From Octopus bimaculoides (lineage: Eukaryota), in contig NC_068982.1 in assembly GCF_001194135.2 (NCBI RefSeq), positions 90,137,820 through 90,201,819 on the forward strand: a DNA stretch of 64,000 nucleotides. Reading direction: 5' to 3'. Position numbers and translations under genes: made by a program. Shown in pieces: positions 11,490-23,910 of this stretch. The notes beneath the pieces are model-generated. The model saw only the letters and a program-made list of their open reading frames with translations, did no database searches and had not been told where the DNA came from. Position 1 is the stretch's first letter. Every line of letters starts with the position of its first letter.

Positions 11490-11720
11490 ACCTGATATAT
11501 ATATATATTACGGAGATGTACTTGCATAGCAAAAGACCTCATCTGAGATCGTGTGCTGGAACGAAAACAATTGCAGCGTGGAAGGTGTTTATAAGTCATT
11601 AAAGAAACACACAAAAACCGTTAGATTCACTTCAACGTTTAAATTTAATTTGTGTCAAAATATTTTCGTCGGTTTCAGACCGCGACCTGTTCACTGACAA
11701 AATTCTATGCTGCATCTGAG
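11490..11720 (-). mobile_element. Short non-coding element carrying a hammerhead motif (Penelope-like terminal repeat or retrozyme-like monomer)
   Basis: About 230 bp of complex sequence between TA/TATG microsatellites, with a hammerhead fold near its minus-strand 5' end. The class is inferred from the known association of minimal hammerheads with Penelope-like elements. Confidence 0.45.
11653..11699 (-). ncRNA. Minimal type I hammerhead ribozyme, G3:C8 core variant
   Basis: Minus strand: TGTCA (stem I) GTGAACA (core 3-9) G GTCG-cggtctgaaac-CGAC (stem II) GAA (G12-A14) AATATT (palindromic stem III) T (H17) TGACA (stem I). Every element maps onto the hammerhead topology. Confidence 0.55.
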
Positions 11721-12222
11721 AAAGTAATAGTTAGTTTATGATATATATGTACGTATGTATGTATGTATGTATGTATGTATGTATGTATGCATGTATGTAT
11801 GTGTGTGTACATGTGTGTGCGTATGCATGTGTGCATGCCTATACGCATGTTTGTATGTATGTATGTATATATGCATGTATGTAAGTATGCACGTATCTAC
11901 TTATGGATGTACGTGAGTAATAAGGTAAGCGTATAGACGTGTTTGTGTGTGTGTGTACATGTGTATGTACATGTGAACGTATCGTTATATGTGTGTCAGT
12001 TCAAGTTGTATACATGACTGTTATTTTGTTGAATGTTGTATACACACACACGCACATATACATATGCATATCCATTGATAGGTTGCAAAATCAACGAAAA
12101 TTCCTGGAAACAAATATAAATAGTAAATAAGTGGAAACTGAACAGGTGAGTGTGTTAGATATTAAGGCATTAAGGCAGTACGACTCTCCCCAGACACAAT
12201 ATAACAACGTTGTTAGGTACTT

Positions 12223-12435
12223 TAAGGTGATGAGCTGGTAGACTCGTTAGTACTCTGGTCAAAATGCTTTGCGGTATTTCGTCTGTCTTTACATTCTTGA
12301 GTTGAAATTCCGCCGAGGTCGATGTTGCCTTTTATCCTTTCGGGCTCGATAAAATAAACACTAGCTGAGGTCTGGGGTCAATGTTATCGACTTACCTTCT
12401 CCCCTGAAATCACTGGCCTTGTGCCATAATTTGAT
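12223..12435 (+). mobile_element. SINE family A
   Basis: TAAGGTGATGAGCTGGTAGACTCGTTAG...GAGTTGAAATTCCGCCGAGGTCGA...TGGGGTCAATGTTATCGACTT. Confidence 0.8.
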
Positions 12436-12992
12436 ATCTATACTGCAATATTGGTAGGTACTTTGAGCTGTTATCGTAACAGAATGTATTACGTTCTTTC
12501 ACTTATAGAACTAAGTGAAACCAATACTGACGCGGTTCTGACAGCCGTCTTTCACGGAACTGGGTGGAATATGATTAAGCTTTATGATTTTGTCATGTGT
12601 GAATTAGTTTCTGATTATATTCCTATTAATTTTGATATAAAAATTCCGCCCTGTAATGAAACATTGTAAAGAAACCTAATATATTTTAGTTATTGATGTT
12701 CATTTGGTACGTGTCAGTTCTCTGCAAAGTATTAATAGATGTTGGTTTACTGGATTTCCCTTTCACAGTTACTTATAAAATTCATCTTTAAAGACATATT
12801 CGAGAATCATGTTCTTAAACTCAGGCACGCGTACAGAGAGAGAGGGGGGGGAGAGAGAGAGGGAGAGACAGAGAGANNNNNNNNNNCAGAGAGAGAGGGG
12901 GGGGAGAGAGAGAGGGAGAGACAGAGAGAGGGGGAAACAGAGAGAGGGGAAGACAGAGAGAGGGGGAGACAGAGAGAGAGGGAGAGAGAGGG

Positions 12993-13031
<39 letters not shown>

Positions 13032-13608
13032 TGACTGACAGAGATAGGGGGAAAGTGAGAGTGAGGGATTGCGAGAGAGATAGAGAGAATTGCAGTGTTG
13101 CACGAATTCCATTTTGTTTGGTATTGTATCAATATGTAATCTTAAACTAACTCTGCTTTGTCATAGCTTGTACTAAGTTGGTAGACATATACGTTTGTTA
13201 TAAACCACAAAATACCAATTAAGATCTAGTTAGTAACAATCGTAATGTAAGATAAACTTGTGTACCATGAGATGAGATTGCTTCTGATTGGTCCTGTTAG
13301 TCGGCACTACGAGTCAACTACTCTTCAGGATTTCCTATGAGTACAAGCACTCATCACGGGCATTCATTAAGTTTCATTCTTCACCATGATGTTCGATATC
13401 ATATAAGATAAGTAATGAAATCCAATTTCGAAAGAAACGGGATAAGGATACTATTTCGTTTTTTGGCAGGATGGGCCGTTGGGATGTTAATCAAAGGGAT
13501 GAAAAAAATCATAAAAGCTCTTGATAGAGATATGAACATTATATAGATTCAATTCTCCTGTAACTGAAGATACATCTGGTGTGTATGTTTGTGTGTTTGT
13601 GTGTTTGT

Positions 13609-13649
<41 letters not shown>

Positions 13650-14074
13650 TGTGTGTTTGTGTGCCTGTGTGCGTTTGTGTTGACAAAAGAAATCAATATT
13701 CACCATTCAGCTTATCAAATGGAATTACATCCACTTACAACACAATAGGTCACATGTTTTGAATCCATAGCGAAGCTATCATGTATATAGTATCTTAATT
13801 ATGTCTCACAGACACCCTCGTGAGACACTAATGCCTAATATACATTGTATCTCTTTTCTCCTCCGTGTATCACGTGCAGTATACAAAATCAAGAGCATTG
13901 GCGATCTGAGATCAATAAAACGCTCAATTCACCTGAATAGAAAATCTAAGCCTAACGATGCCACGAGCTCAATCTAATTTTACAATACTACAAATCTTTG
14001 CAAATAATATTTTCTTTACAACTACTGTATATATCTTTTTGACCGAACTATCTTTTATGCATTACGTTTCATAG

Positions 14075-14192
14075 TTCGTTGAAGAAGACAGAGCCAATGG
14101 CAGTGGTTAATGCTCTTTCTGTGGTTTTGTTGAGTTTAGCACGATTGATGTTTACTTTAGATTGCTTCAGTAGGAAATATATGGACACGCGT
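14075..14192 (+). CDS. Candidate exon with ATG (14097) and signal-peptide-like sequence MAVVNALSVVLLSLARLMFTLDCFS
   Basis: Pyrimidine-rich acceptor TCTTTTATGCATTACGTTTCATAG, open hydrophobic frame, possible donors GTAGGA (14170) or GTAAAT (14193). No homology recognised. Confidence 0.2.
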
Positions 14193-14709
14193 GTAAATAC
14201 AAAGATCGAGAGAAAGCGAGAGTAAGCGAGTGAGTGAGTGAGTGAGTGAGTGAGAGACAGACAGACAAACCGAGAGAGAGGGGGAGACAGATAGACGGAA
14301 AATCAGAGAAAACGGGAGGCAGAGGAAAAACGAGAGAGAGAAGCGAGACTAAATAGAAAGAATGAGAGCGAAAGTAAATGGAAAGAGGAAGATAGTGAAA
14401 GAGAAAAAGTAGTATTGTGTCAGGTGTTTACATCCATAATATAAGAGGGCATGTACTCTTAAGATTGTGAACTGAAAAAATGGCAATTCAGCCAAGTAAA
14501 TGTGAGTGGAGACGACAGATTTAGTGTGGAGTTATGATTATGTTAGCGATAGAAGATATACAATAGCGTTCTGCTGCATACAAGATTCTGATTGAATTAA
14601 GAAACCATTACTTTATTGGTAGGGATTTAAAATGATAAATTAGAAACGGTTAAACATTGTTGTGCTCATACCTTTTTCTAAATTGCTTTGTTAATACGAT
14701 CCAACAAAA

Positions 14710-14917
14710 TAAGGCGGAGAGCTAGCAGAATCGTTAACACTGCTTAGTGCCATTACGTCCATCTTTACGAACCGAGTTCAAATTTCGTCGAGGGTGACTT
14801 TACCTTTCATCCCCTTGGGGTTGATAAATAAGTACCAGTTGAACACCGGTGTTGAAGTAATGAATTTAACCCCACCGCGCCTTGTGTCTGCTGGCCTTGG
14901 GCCAAAATCTGAAACCA
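14710..14917 (+). mobile_element. SINE family A
   Basis: TAAGGCGGAGAGCTAGCAGAATCGTTAAC...GAGTTCAAATTTCGTCGAGG...ATAAGTACCAGTT. Confidence 0.8.
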
Positions 14918-16009
14918 ATATGATCCAACAACATAGTTATCTACAATAATAAGCAAATTTCACTCAGATCACACACTTCATTGTCTTCAATTGAGCAAGA
15001 CAATTATGTAATGTTGTTATTATTGTTTAGCCTCAAATCCAATGAGATCAAGAAATCAATGATCGAAAGCATTACATCTTTGTGACTATGGCCAACTTAG
15101 GTTTTCTATGAAAGCATTACCAAATTACGCCTTCTCCTTCTTTTCAAGATGATGTTGCCTAATTTGAGAGAGATTTTGCAGCTGCTTTTATCTGGAGGTT
15201 CCAACTTTGGGTCGCATTGGATAACGTAGTTCAAGATCATTGGTTCCTATTCTTTTGAACATCCCTCTTCATTTCTGAAGCTGATCATTACTCCTGCACC
15301 CCTACACCTCTCTTGACTTGTTAAATTTTCAACAAAATAAAGAATACGATTTTATTCTCGATAAAACATATTTTATAATTAAAGAGGGTTTTCAAAATGT
15401 TTTAAAAACATTGATAGATTTATAAAAAAAACACAGCTTCTTCAAAATAGGATTAAACTGTTAAAGAAAAAGACACATTATGATCTTGAGTTTCCCTAAA
15501 CTCTACTCGTCATGTCCTTCTGCCCAGCTCTAAAGGAGGCTATGTTTTGCGGTTAGAAAACGCTGTTCTAACTGCACTATGCCTGAAAAAATACGGAACA
15601 TTTAACGTGCTTATGTACACTCAATGGGGGTTAATTTGGAGGTTAACAACGACGTCAATGATTTCCTTAGCACAAATTTGAAGGTTTCAGTTTGATAACG
15701 CGCTACTTACAGACAACTTAATATTATGTGCGGCACCTCACAGGGGAGCCATTAAATCTAATAATAGTATTCATTTGATCAGACATAAAACGTGAGGAAT
15801 TAGTTGTCGGAGTTTATTTCATTCTTTAAGGTAAATATATACATATATATTTATATCTTTTAATTAAACATCTATAGATGTGTAATAGCCTACTGCAGAA
15901 AATAGTCAACTTTTATAGTACAGAGAGAAACAAATCAGCTTTCGTTTGTCTCTAAGCAACACAGGTTTATAAAGTGTAATGAAGCTCGAAGACGCGAGTT
16001 TTACAGTAA

Positions 16010-16065
16010 GTCACATGACACATGTTGTAGCTTAGCAACGCAAAAGTACTGTTGCAATGGAAAAC
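16010..16065. promoter_or_regulatory. Candidate cis-regulatory cluster: GTCACATGAC E-box plus two RFX X-box-like sites
   Basis: GTCACATGAC (16010-16019), GTAGCTTAGCAAC (16027-16039) and GTTGCAATGGAAAAC (16051-16065) in non-repetitive-looking DNA. Confidence 0.3.
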
Positions 16066-17522
16066 GTTGTGTAAGTGATGCAGAAAAAACGCTACTCAGT
16101 TAAACGTGATGTAATAGATGATTGGTATAGATTTCTTCGAGGCGTGTACACCATTTGTGTCTATTAAAATGAATACAGGATCATAAAGTTTCAGATTTAA
16201 TATCATATATGTGAAATTGAGTGTGAAAGTGTTATATANNNNNNNNNNNNNNNNNNNNNNNNNNNNNNNNNNNNNNNNNNNNNNNNNNNNNNNNNNNNNN
16301 NNNNNNNNNNNNNNNNNNNNNNNNNNNNNNNNNNNNNNNNNNNNNNNNNNNNNNNNNNNNNNNNNNNNNNNNNNNNNNNNNNNNNNNNNNNNNNNNNNNN
16401 NNNNNNNNNNNNNNNNNNNNNNNNNNNNNNNNNNNNNNNNNNNNNNNNNNNNNNNNNNNNNNNNNNNNNNNNNNNNNNNNNNNNNNNNNNNNNNNNNNNN
16501 NNNNNNNNNNNNNNNNNNNNNNNNNNNNNNNNNNNNNNNNNNNNNNNNNNNNNNNNNNNNNNNNNNNNNNNNNNNNNNNNNNNNNNNNNNNNNNNNNNNN
16601 NNNNNNNNNNNNNNNNNNNNNNNNNNNNNNNNNNNNNNNNNNNNNNNNNNNNNNNNNNNNNNNNNNNNNNNNNNNNNNNNNNNNNNNNNNNNNNNNNNNN
16701 NNNNNNNNNNNNNNNNNNNNNNNNNNNNNNNNNNNNNNNNNNNNNNNNNNNNNNNNNNNNNNNNNNNNNNNNNNNNNNNNNNNNNNNNNNNNNNNNNNNN
16801 NNNNNNNNNNNNNNNNNNNNTGTGAGTTCGTGTGTTGAAGCATATTCTGTTGTGTTTGGGGAGAGTCACTCTCTTTTACTGTCTTATAATTTAACACATT
16901 TACTCACCGGTAAAATTTCCATTTCTTTCTTTTTTATTTTTCTAAAGTTTTCGTTGCGTCTTGCAACCTTTTCAATAGATTTGACTCCGTCCGTTACTCA
17001 CACTGCGTTTCTTTTTCTTTGTTTGTGCGCATGCGTGTGGATCAGTGTGTGTGTGTGCCTATACATTCATGCGTGTATGTATGTATACATGTGTGTATGC
17101 ATGTATGTGTGTGCGTACGTATCTATTTATGCTTGTACATTTGTATGTATGTATTCTGTATATTCATGTGTTTGCATGTCCGTGTTTGTGTGTTTTTATG
17201 CATGTGCATGTGTGCATGTGCTTGTATGTGTGTGTGTATGTACCGCTGTTTCCTTGTGTTTGCTTGTCTGAGTGTGTGTGTGTGTGTGTGTATGTATTTT
17301 GCAACTATGCACTGTATTTGTATGTATAGATGCGCATCTCCATATATGTGTCCTCGTGTGCAGTAAAGTGTCCTTGTGTGAACTAAAAAGTGTGTGCATA
17401 TATGGTCAAGTGTTGCAGTCTTCATTTCCGTATGTGTGCTTGTTTGTTCATATAACCTATGTAACTATCCGTCTGTATGTTGATCTGTTTCCTTTCATAT
17501 CCATATACTTACATACATGTGC

Positions 17523-17557
<35 letters not shown>

Positions 17558-18340
17558 NNNNNNNNNNNNNNNNNNNNNNNNNNNNNNNNNNNNNNNNNNN
17601 NNNNNNNNNNNNNNNNNNNNNNNNNNNNNNNNNNNNNNNNNNNNNNNNNNNNNNNNNNNNNNNNNNNNNNNNNNNNNNNNNNNNNNNNNNNNNNNNNNNN
17701 NNNNNNNNNNNNNNNNNNNNNNNNNNNNNNNNNNNNNNNNNNNNNNNNNNNNNNNNNNNNNNNNNNNNNNNNNNNNNNNNNNNNNNNNNNNNNNNNNNNN
17801 NNNNNNNNNNNNNNNNNNNNNNNNNNNNNNNNNNNNNNNNNNNNNNNNNNNNNNNNNNNNNNNNNNNNNNNNNNNNNNNNNNNNNNNNNNNNNNNNNNNN
17901 NNNNNNNNNNNNNNNNNNNNNNNNNNNNNNNNNNNNNNNNNNNNNNNNNNNNNNNNNNNNNNNNNNNNNNNNNNNNNNNNNNNNNNNNNNNNNNNNNNNN
18001 NNNNNNNNNNNNNNNNNNNNNNNNNNNNNNNNNNNNNNNNNNNNNNNNNNNNNNNNNNNNNNNNNNNNNNNNNNNNNNNNNNNNNNNNNNNNNNNNNNNN
18101 NNNNNNNNNNNNNNNNNNNNNNNNNNNNNNNNNNNNNNNNNNNNNNNNNNNNNNNNNNNNNNNNNNNNNNNNNNNNNNNNNNNNNNNNNNNNNNNNNNNN
18201 NNNNNNNNNNNNNNNNNNNNNNNNNNNNNNNNNNNNNNNNNNNNNNNNNNNNNNNNNNNNNNNNNNNNNNNNNNNNNNNNNNNNNNNNNNNNNNNNNNNN
18301 NNNNNNNNNNNNNNNNNNNNNNNNNNNNNNNNNNNNNNNN

Positions 18341-19750
18341 TAATCTGGGTCAACTTCACATCCGTATCTTATCCAAGCACCCGAAGGACCCAACACTCAG
18401 AGAAATACAGGAGTACGTCCTCATAAATGAAACTTCCCCAATACTAAATAGGAAATATACATAGTAGATATCATACCTCCATACCCACATTTGGATAGTT
18501 GAATGCTTGCAGATGTTTAGTGTTGTTGACAACATCACAAATTTTCTGATGCATAGCATGAAAGAGTGGAAAACCAAATTGTACTCAAGTAATGTATTCC
18601 TTGGGGAAGTTTACTCCCTTGCTTTTTGTAATTGCACTAATACGCCATAACAATGACACTTAGGAAAGTTAAGATGGGTTAGCGATGTGGGAGGAAGGTC
18701 TACCATCGAACTATCTTCTGTTTATAGATGACCGGAAATTGTTTGGGTTATCTGGACAATTTATAGATTTCTTGATCAAAACAGTCCAGAGGTGTAGTAG
18801 GGACATCGGTATGGAATTTGGGATCACTAAATGCTCAGTACTTAATATGAAAAGATGGAAGAAAGTAGCCTGCAGAGGATTGCGTTTACCAGCAGGAGAA
18901 ACCGTGGATAAACCCGATGGTAGTGGGTATAGATATTTAGGGATTTTGGAGCTTGATGACATTCTACACAGAGAAATGAAAGTCAAGGTCAGCGAGGAGT
19001 ATCAGAAAAGGTGAAAATGGTGTTGAAATCCAACCTGAATTCCGAAAATATGATTACTGCAATGAATATCTGGGCAGTTGCGGTGGTCAGATATAGAGTG
19101 TCCATCTTTCGCTACCAATTCAGTCAAGTCATCTATAAAACGTCTGACACTCAGAAATGCAGATTCTGTGGAAAGAGTGTGGAAAATGTGACCCATTTGG
19201 TAAGTGGATGCGAGAGCCTTGCACATAAAGAATATAAACGCCACCACGATAAAGTGTGTGTCTATCTTCATTGGGTCTTATACCGTAAATGCTAATATGA
19301 TGTAACAGAGATCTGGTATGAGCATGTACCAAGTAAAGTTATGCAGGAAGATGGAAAAGTAACGATACTTTGGGACTAAGATTTTCAGACGGGTCGTGTA
19401 ATCGAACACCGTCGGCCGGATATTGTCATATTGAATAAGAAAGACAAATACTGTCAGATCATTGATGTAAACATACCAAATGACATGAATTTTGTGAGTA
19501 AAGAGGTTGAAAAAATCACAAAGGACTCCTAATTGAAAAAGGACATGGCAAAGCTGTATGGAATGCGAGAAGGTATGTAAAATATCAGTGGTGATCGGAG
19601 CGTTGGGCTCAATCCCACTGAATCTTCAAGACTTTTTAAGGCAACTGGAAATACCTTGCACAATTGATGTCTTGCAAAAAGCAGCCTTACTGGGCACAGC
19701 GCACATCTTAAGGAAAGTATTATCTGTTTGAGGTCCTTGTGTCTTGACAA
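18341..19750 (+). mobile_element. R4/Dong-like non-LTR retrotransposon (RT, CCHC knuckle, restriction-like endonuclease), decayed, copy 1
   Basis: Peptides LLFIDDRKLF and YRYLGILE (RT), CRFCGKSVENVTHLVSGC (knuckle), KRHHDKV and RPDIVILNKKDKYCQIIDV (RLE), LQKAALLGTAHILRKVL (C-terminus). Frameshifts and internal deletions. Confidence 0.85.
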
Positions 19751-19752
19751 TA

Positions 19753-19887
19753 AAGAAGAAGAAGAAGAAGAAGAAGAAGAAGAAGAAGAAGAAGAAGAAG
19801 AAGAAGAAGAAGAAGAAGAAGAAGAAGAAGAAGAAGAAGAAGAAGAAGAAGAAGAAGAAGAAGAAGAAGAAGAAGAAGAAGAAGAAG
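19753..19887. repeat. (GAA)n microsatellite, about 45 units
   Basis: Directly visible between the two LINE copies. Confidence 0.95.
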
Positions 19888-20960
19888 GGGTGGAAGAGGC
19901 CTCATAGGATGCAACGAGTAGAACATCAAACATTAGAGTGAACCCTTGCTTATCGCTGTTAGAATTAACAATACCTCTACCGAAAATGTGATGCAAGCGC
20001 AAATATTAAGAAACAAGATGAAGAAGACAGATTAAACAACTGGAAAATGAAACCACTGCATGTGCAATACATTAGATAAATCGAAGGAAAAGACAAGATC
20101 AATACTTGGAGATGGCTAAGAAAAAGTGATCTGAAAGAATATACTAAGGCATTGATATGCAGCTCCCAAGAACAAGCTCTGAGAACTAATTATGCCAAGT
20201 TCCAAATAGACAAGAATAGCGAATCGCCCTTTTGTAAGATGTGTGGCAGCAGAAACGAAACCATCTCACAAATTGTGAGTGAGTGTAGCAAGCCGGCCCC
20301 AAAGCACTACAAAACGAGGCACGATAACGTGGCTAAGTTTGTCCATTGGAGGCTATATGAAAAGTACGGCCTGAAAAGTGCATGGAAATGGTACGAACTT
20401 GAAGGAGTCAATGAGAACAAGGAACATAAGATACTGTGGAATTTTACAATCCTTAATCGAGGCGAGGAGACCAGATGTTGTTGTGGTAGATAAAGGAAAA
20501 CAGGAAAACAAGATCATAGATATTGCAATACCTGGAGATGCACGCACAAGTGACAATAAGCTTGAAAAGATTAAAAAGTACAGACTACTAAAAGACGAAA
20601 TTACAAGAATGTGGTCTATGAAGGGAGTGCCTATCATTCCAGTAGTTGTAGAGGTACTTAGAGCGCTAACAACCAAGTTCGAGAAATATGTCAAAGAAAT
20701 ATGAATTGACATGAGAAGAGAGCAAGCCGCCAAAACTGCTCTGGTGGGGACAGCTAGGATTTTGAGATTGGTACTTGGATGTTGAATTAATTAAAAACCA
20801 ATTATCAAAGCTTATAATATGCGGAAAGAGACACTGTGAGACCTCTGACGGCAGGTTACTGTCCGCTCTCACAAAATCTACCAAAACAAACAAGACCGAA
20901 TGTTATGAGAAGTAAAGCAATAGTAAAAAAAAACAAATAAATAAATAAATAAATAACTAA
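19885..20960 (+). mobile_element. R4/Dong-like non-LTR retrotransposon, 5'-truncated, second subfamily, (AAAT)n tail
   Basis: GGRGLIG, WKMKPLH, TWRWL, QEQALRTNY, CKMCGSRNETISQIVSEC, RHDNVAKFVHW, RRPDVVVVDK, IIDIAIPGD, EKIKKY, KTALVGTARILR. Confidence 0.85.
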
Positions 20961-21664
20961 ATAAATAAAAGAAGCAGCCGATAAGGAAATCCAAGCAAAA
21001 CATAAGTCGAACTTACTGCTCAAGCGATGGTCGTCCGCAATCAACATTATAATTAATCGATTCTTATCAAAATCTTTAATGATAACTATTTATTAAAGAC
21101 CGAATTTTCATTGGTGTCAACAACTTATAAGTACAACCAATTAATATCAGAAGTGCAGAGATTAGTTCTTCGTATAAAGCAACAAGGTCTGACACAAGTT
21201 CGCATATATGCGTAAACGCAAAACACACACGCACACACACATACACACACAGAGGAAACTATCCGTGTGTCGTGTCTAAAGAGAGATGGGGAGGGAAGGA
21301 GAGAGAGAAAGGGAGTTTGTGAAAGTGTTAGTGTGTGTGAGAGAGAGAGAGAGTGTGTGTCAGATATACAAAGCTAAAGAAGTACATGCATACAAGCATA
21401 CATACATACATGCATACATACACTTACACATACATAAGCACACAAACACAAACATGTACATATGTACGTATGTCATTATTCAGTTTTATTTCAAGATTTC
21501 TTGCCAGTTGAGAAAGAGCTGGTTTCTAACCTAGGTCCAAGGCTCCTTCATTGGAATTTCAACATCAACAACAAGGTATTTTTGTATGCATGTATGTATT
21601 TATACGTGCAGATTTGTATGTTTTGTTTTATGTATGTCTTTTCATGCATATGTATGTATGTATG

Positions 21665-21698
<34 letters not shown>

Positions 21699-23119
21699 TG
21701 TGTGTGTGTATGTATGTATGTATGTATGTATGCATGCATGTATGTATGTACGTATGTATGCATGTAAAAATTAAAGTAAAAAATGAAAGGGCAAACCGTT
21801 TGGCATCACTTGAAAATACATTTAATTTTGACAGAGAATATAGATATACAGAGTCGCTTACAGCTGTTTCTAAATAGTCAGTCATGCGAGTGGATCATCA
21901 TATAGAGGGGGAGAAGTCAGAGTGATGTAAATGAGACGGAAAATTCCCCAATCGAGTGTATCAGTGTATTCTAGTTTGACGAGAAGGTGGGAAGATCAGA
22001 ATAAAACAGAAATGCGTTAGGTAAATCCATGATCAAATGAAAAATATAGTTATAGGTAATATCCAATAGCATCATTAAATGAGAATGTTTGATGATAATG
22101 CGAGGAATAGTAGACGTTACCAGTTCCAGATTTAAATAGGGAATGAATGAGGTTAAAATAGGAATATTATACAATAATCAGGAGGAAAGAGAGACAGGTA
22201 GGTGTAGTAGAGTAGATATGTACTGGTCAGTATGGTTGGAGTATGCTAGTTGAGAGAGGTTAGGTGTGCATATATAGAGACATTTAGAGAAAGAGATGAA
22301 GGATAGCAGATGTCAAATGACCACTAAGGCTGGCCAGAATTGGCAAAAATAGCAGGGCAGGGACGACGTTTAGTGATAGTAATGAAGCGGTTGTGATGGA
22401 TGAAGAAGATGTCAAGCTAAAGGGGGCCTGATAACAGCGAAAGGGAGATTTAGGAATGGCATAATTGTAGTAGTAATTGAAATAGATACCCATAATGATA
22501 AATATAAAATATAAATTTGTGGTGTTAATGAAGGTGTATGCTCACTGGGAACCGAGGGATGAAAATAAAGATTTAAAACGATGAATCAAAAATAAGTCAA
22601 AGGTAAATATATATAGAAAAGTAAATACATTATGGAAATATATTTACTAAGGTTAGGAATGTAGGAAATACAGTGCCAATGGACAATAGGAACCAGATAT
22701 ATAAAATAAATTTATGAAGAGAGCTGGAAAGATTGATTCATTATATGCATTTTATTAATTCGTATATAGCTCCAAACCAGAAAGAAAGAGACCTAGTAAT
22801 GTTCTATTAATTACGAGGGTGTTGCAGCTGAGAGGATATTCTATTAGTTATGATCTAGGTGAGAGGAGTTAAATATGGAATAAACGAGAGAAAAGATGTG
22901 ATGGTATTGTGCATAAACCAATTTAATTCGATATGATGCCTAAGCTAAATGTTAGTGAGAATCAGAAGTAGTTGCTTTACTGCACTTAGACCTGTGGTAA
23001 AAATCGAATGGCTTTAAACGTTTGTAGATACACAAAGAGAAGGGTTCGTGCTGCTTATTTAATAATTGTCTAGGGTTATTTGACAAGATTTGCAGAGATT
23101 CTTTCAAACACAGCCGATT

Positions 23120-23151
<32 letters not shown>

Positions 23152-23339
23152 NNNNNNNNNNNNNNNNNNNNNNNNNNNNNNNNNNNNNNNNNNNNNNNNN
23201 NNNNNNNNNNNNNNNNNNNNNNNNNNNNNNNNNNNNNNNNNNNNNNNNNNNNNATATACACGCACACACATACAAATATTTAAAGATATAATAAAAAATA
23301 TAATCATATATATACACTCCACGTGCCATTGTAGATGCA

Positions 23340-23480
23340 GATATGGGCTTTTGGTTAAGAAGTTTGTTGGGAAATTGCGCTCAATCTCTGTGCAGATACC
23401 TTCGATAGCCTTGGGCAGATACCTTCGATAGCCTTGGATTGAAAAACTCCTTGTGGCGAATTACGCTCTGTGGAAGTTCA
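23340..23480 (+). mobile_element. SINE family B head with an internal 23-bp tandem duplication
   Basis: GGTTAAGAAGTTTG head; GCAGATACCTTCGATAGCCTTGG repeated at 23392-23414 and 23415-23437. Confidence 0.5.
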
Positions 23481-23506
23481 TCAAATATATATATATATAT
23501 ATATAT

Positions 23507-23541
<35 letters not shown>

Positions 23542-23789
23542 TATAAACATCTAATATGGGATAACATTTTTTACAAAAAAATTCCATCCAAGTGGCCAGC
23601 ATATTAAAATACGTTTAAAGGTGAAAATTATAAACAATTATAAACAAGGGCAAAAGAAAAACGATTTTTATGCCAATATGCTGAGAATAGACTTTAAATC
23701 GTCAATCACCACATAAAATATACATTCACTATGAATACACGTCGTGCTAAGATCGAAGAAGGCAAGCTAACAGAATTTTTTTTTTAAAT

Positions 23790-23910
23790 GTATTATTTTA
23801 TCGACTCGGTAGAGATGAAAGCCCAGTTAACAACGGTAGCGTTTGAACCCAGAACAGAATGAGCCAAAAGAACTACTGTCAATCGTTGTGTCTAACACTA
23901 AATGATTCTG
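23790..23910 (-). mobile_element. Partial SINE family A
   Basis: TTTTATCGACTC...GTTTGAACCCAGAAC...GATTCTGCCAGCT, the reverse complement of family A. Confidence 0.55.

Noticed and set aside
19529-20002. Poly-Ser, poly-Leu and poly-Lys ORFs
   Set aside because: Translations of the (GAA)n tract and the antisense strand of LINE debris.
21860-22950. Purine-biased region with hints of an APE endonuclease (VYAH, NSYIAPN)
   Set aside because: Motifs too short and degenerate to support a call.
23392-23437. 23-bp direct repeat (and the 18-bp repeat at 25749-25790) as a CRISPR-like array
   Set aside because: Only two adjacent units, no spacers or cas genes, eukaryotic context.
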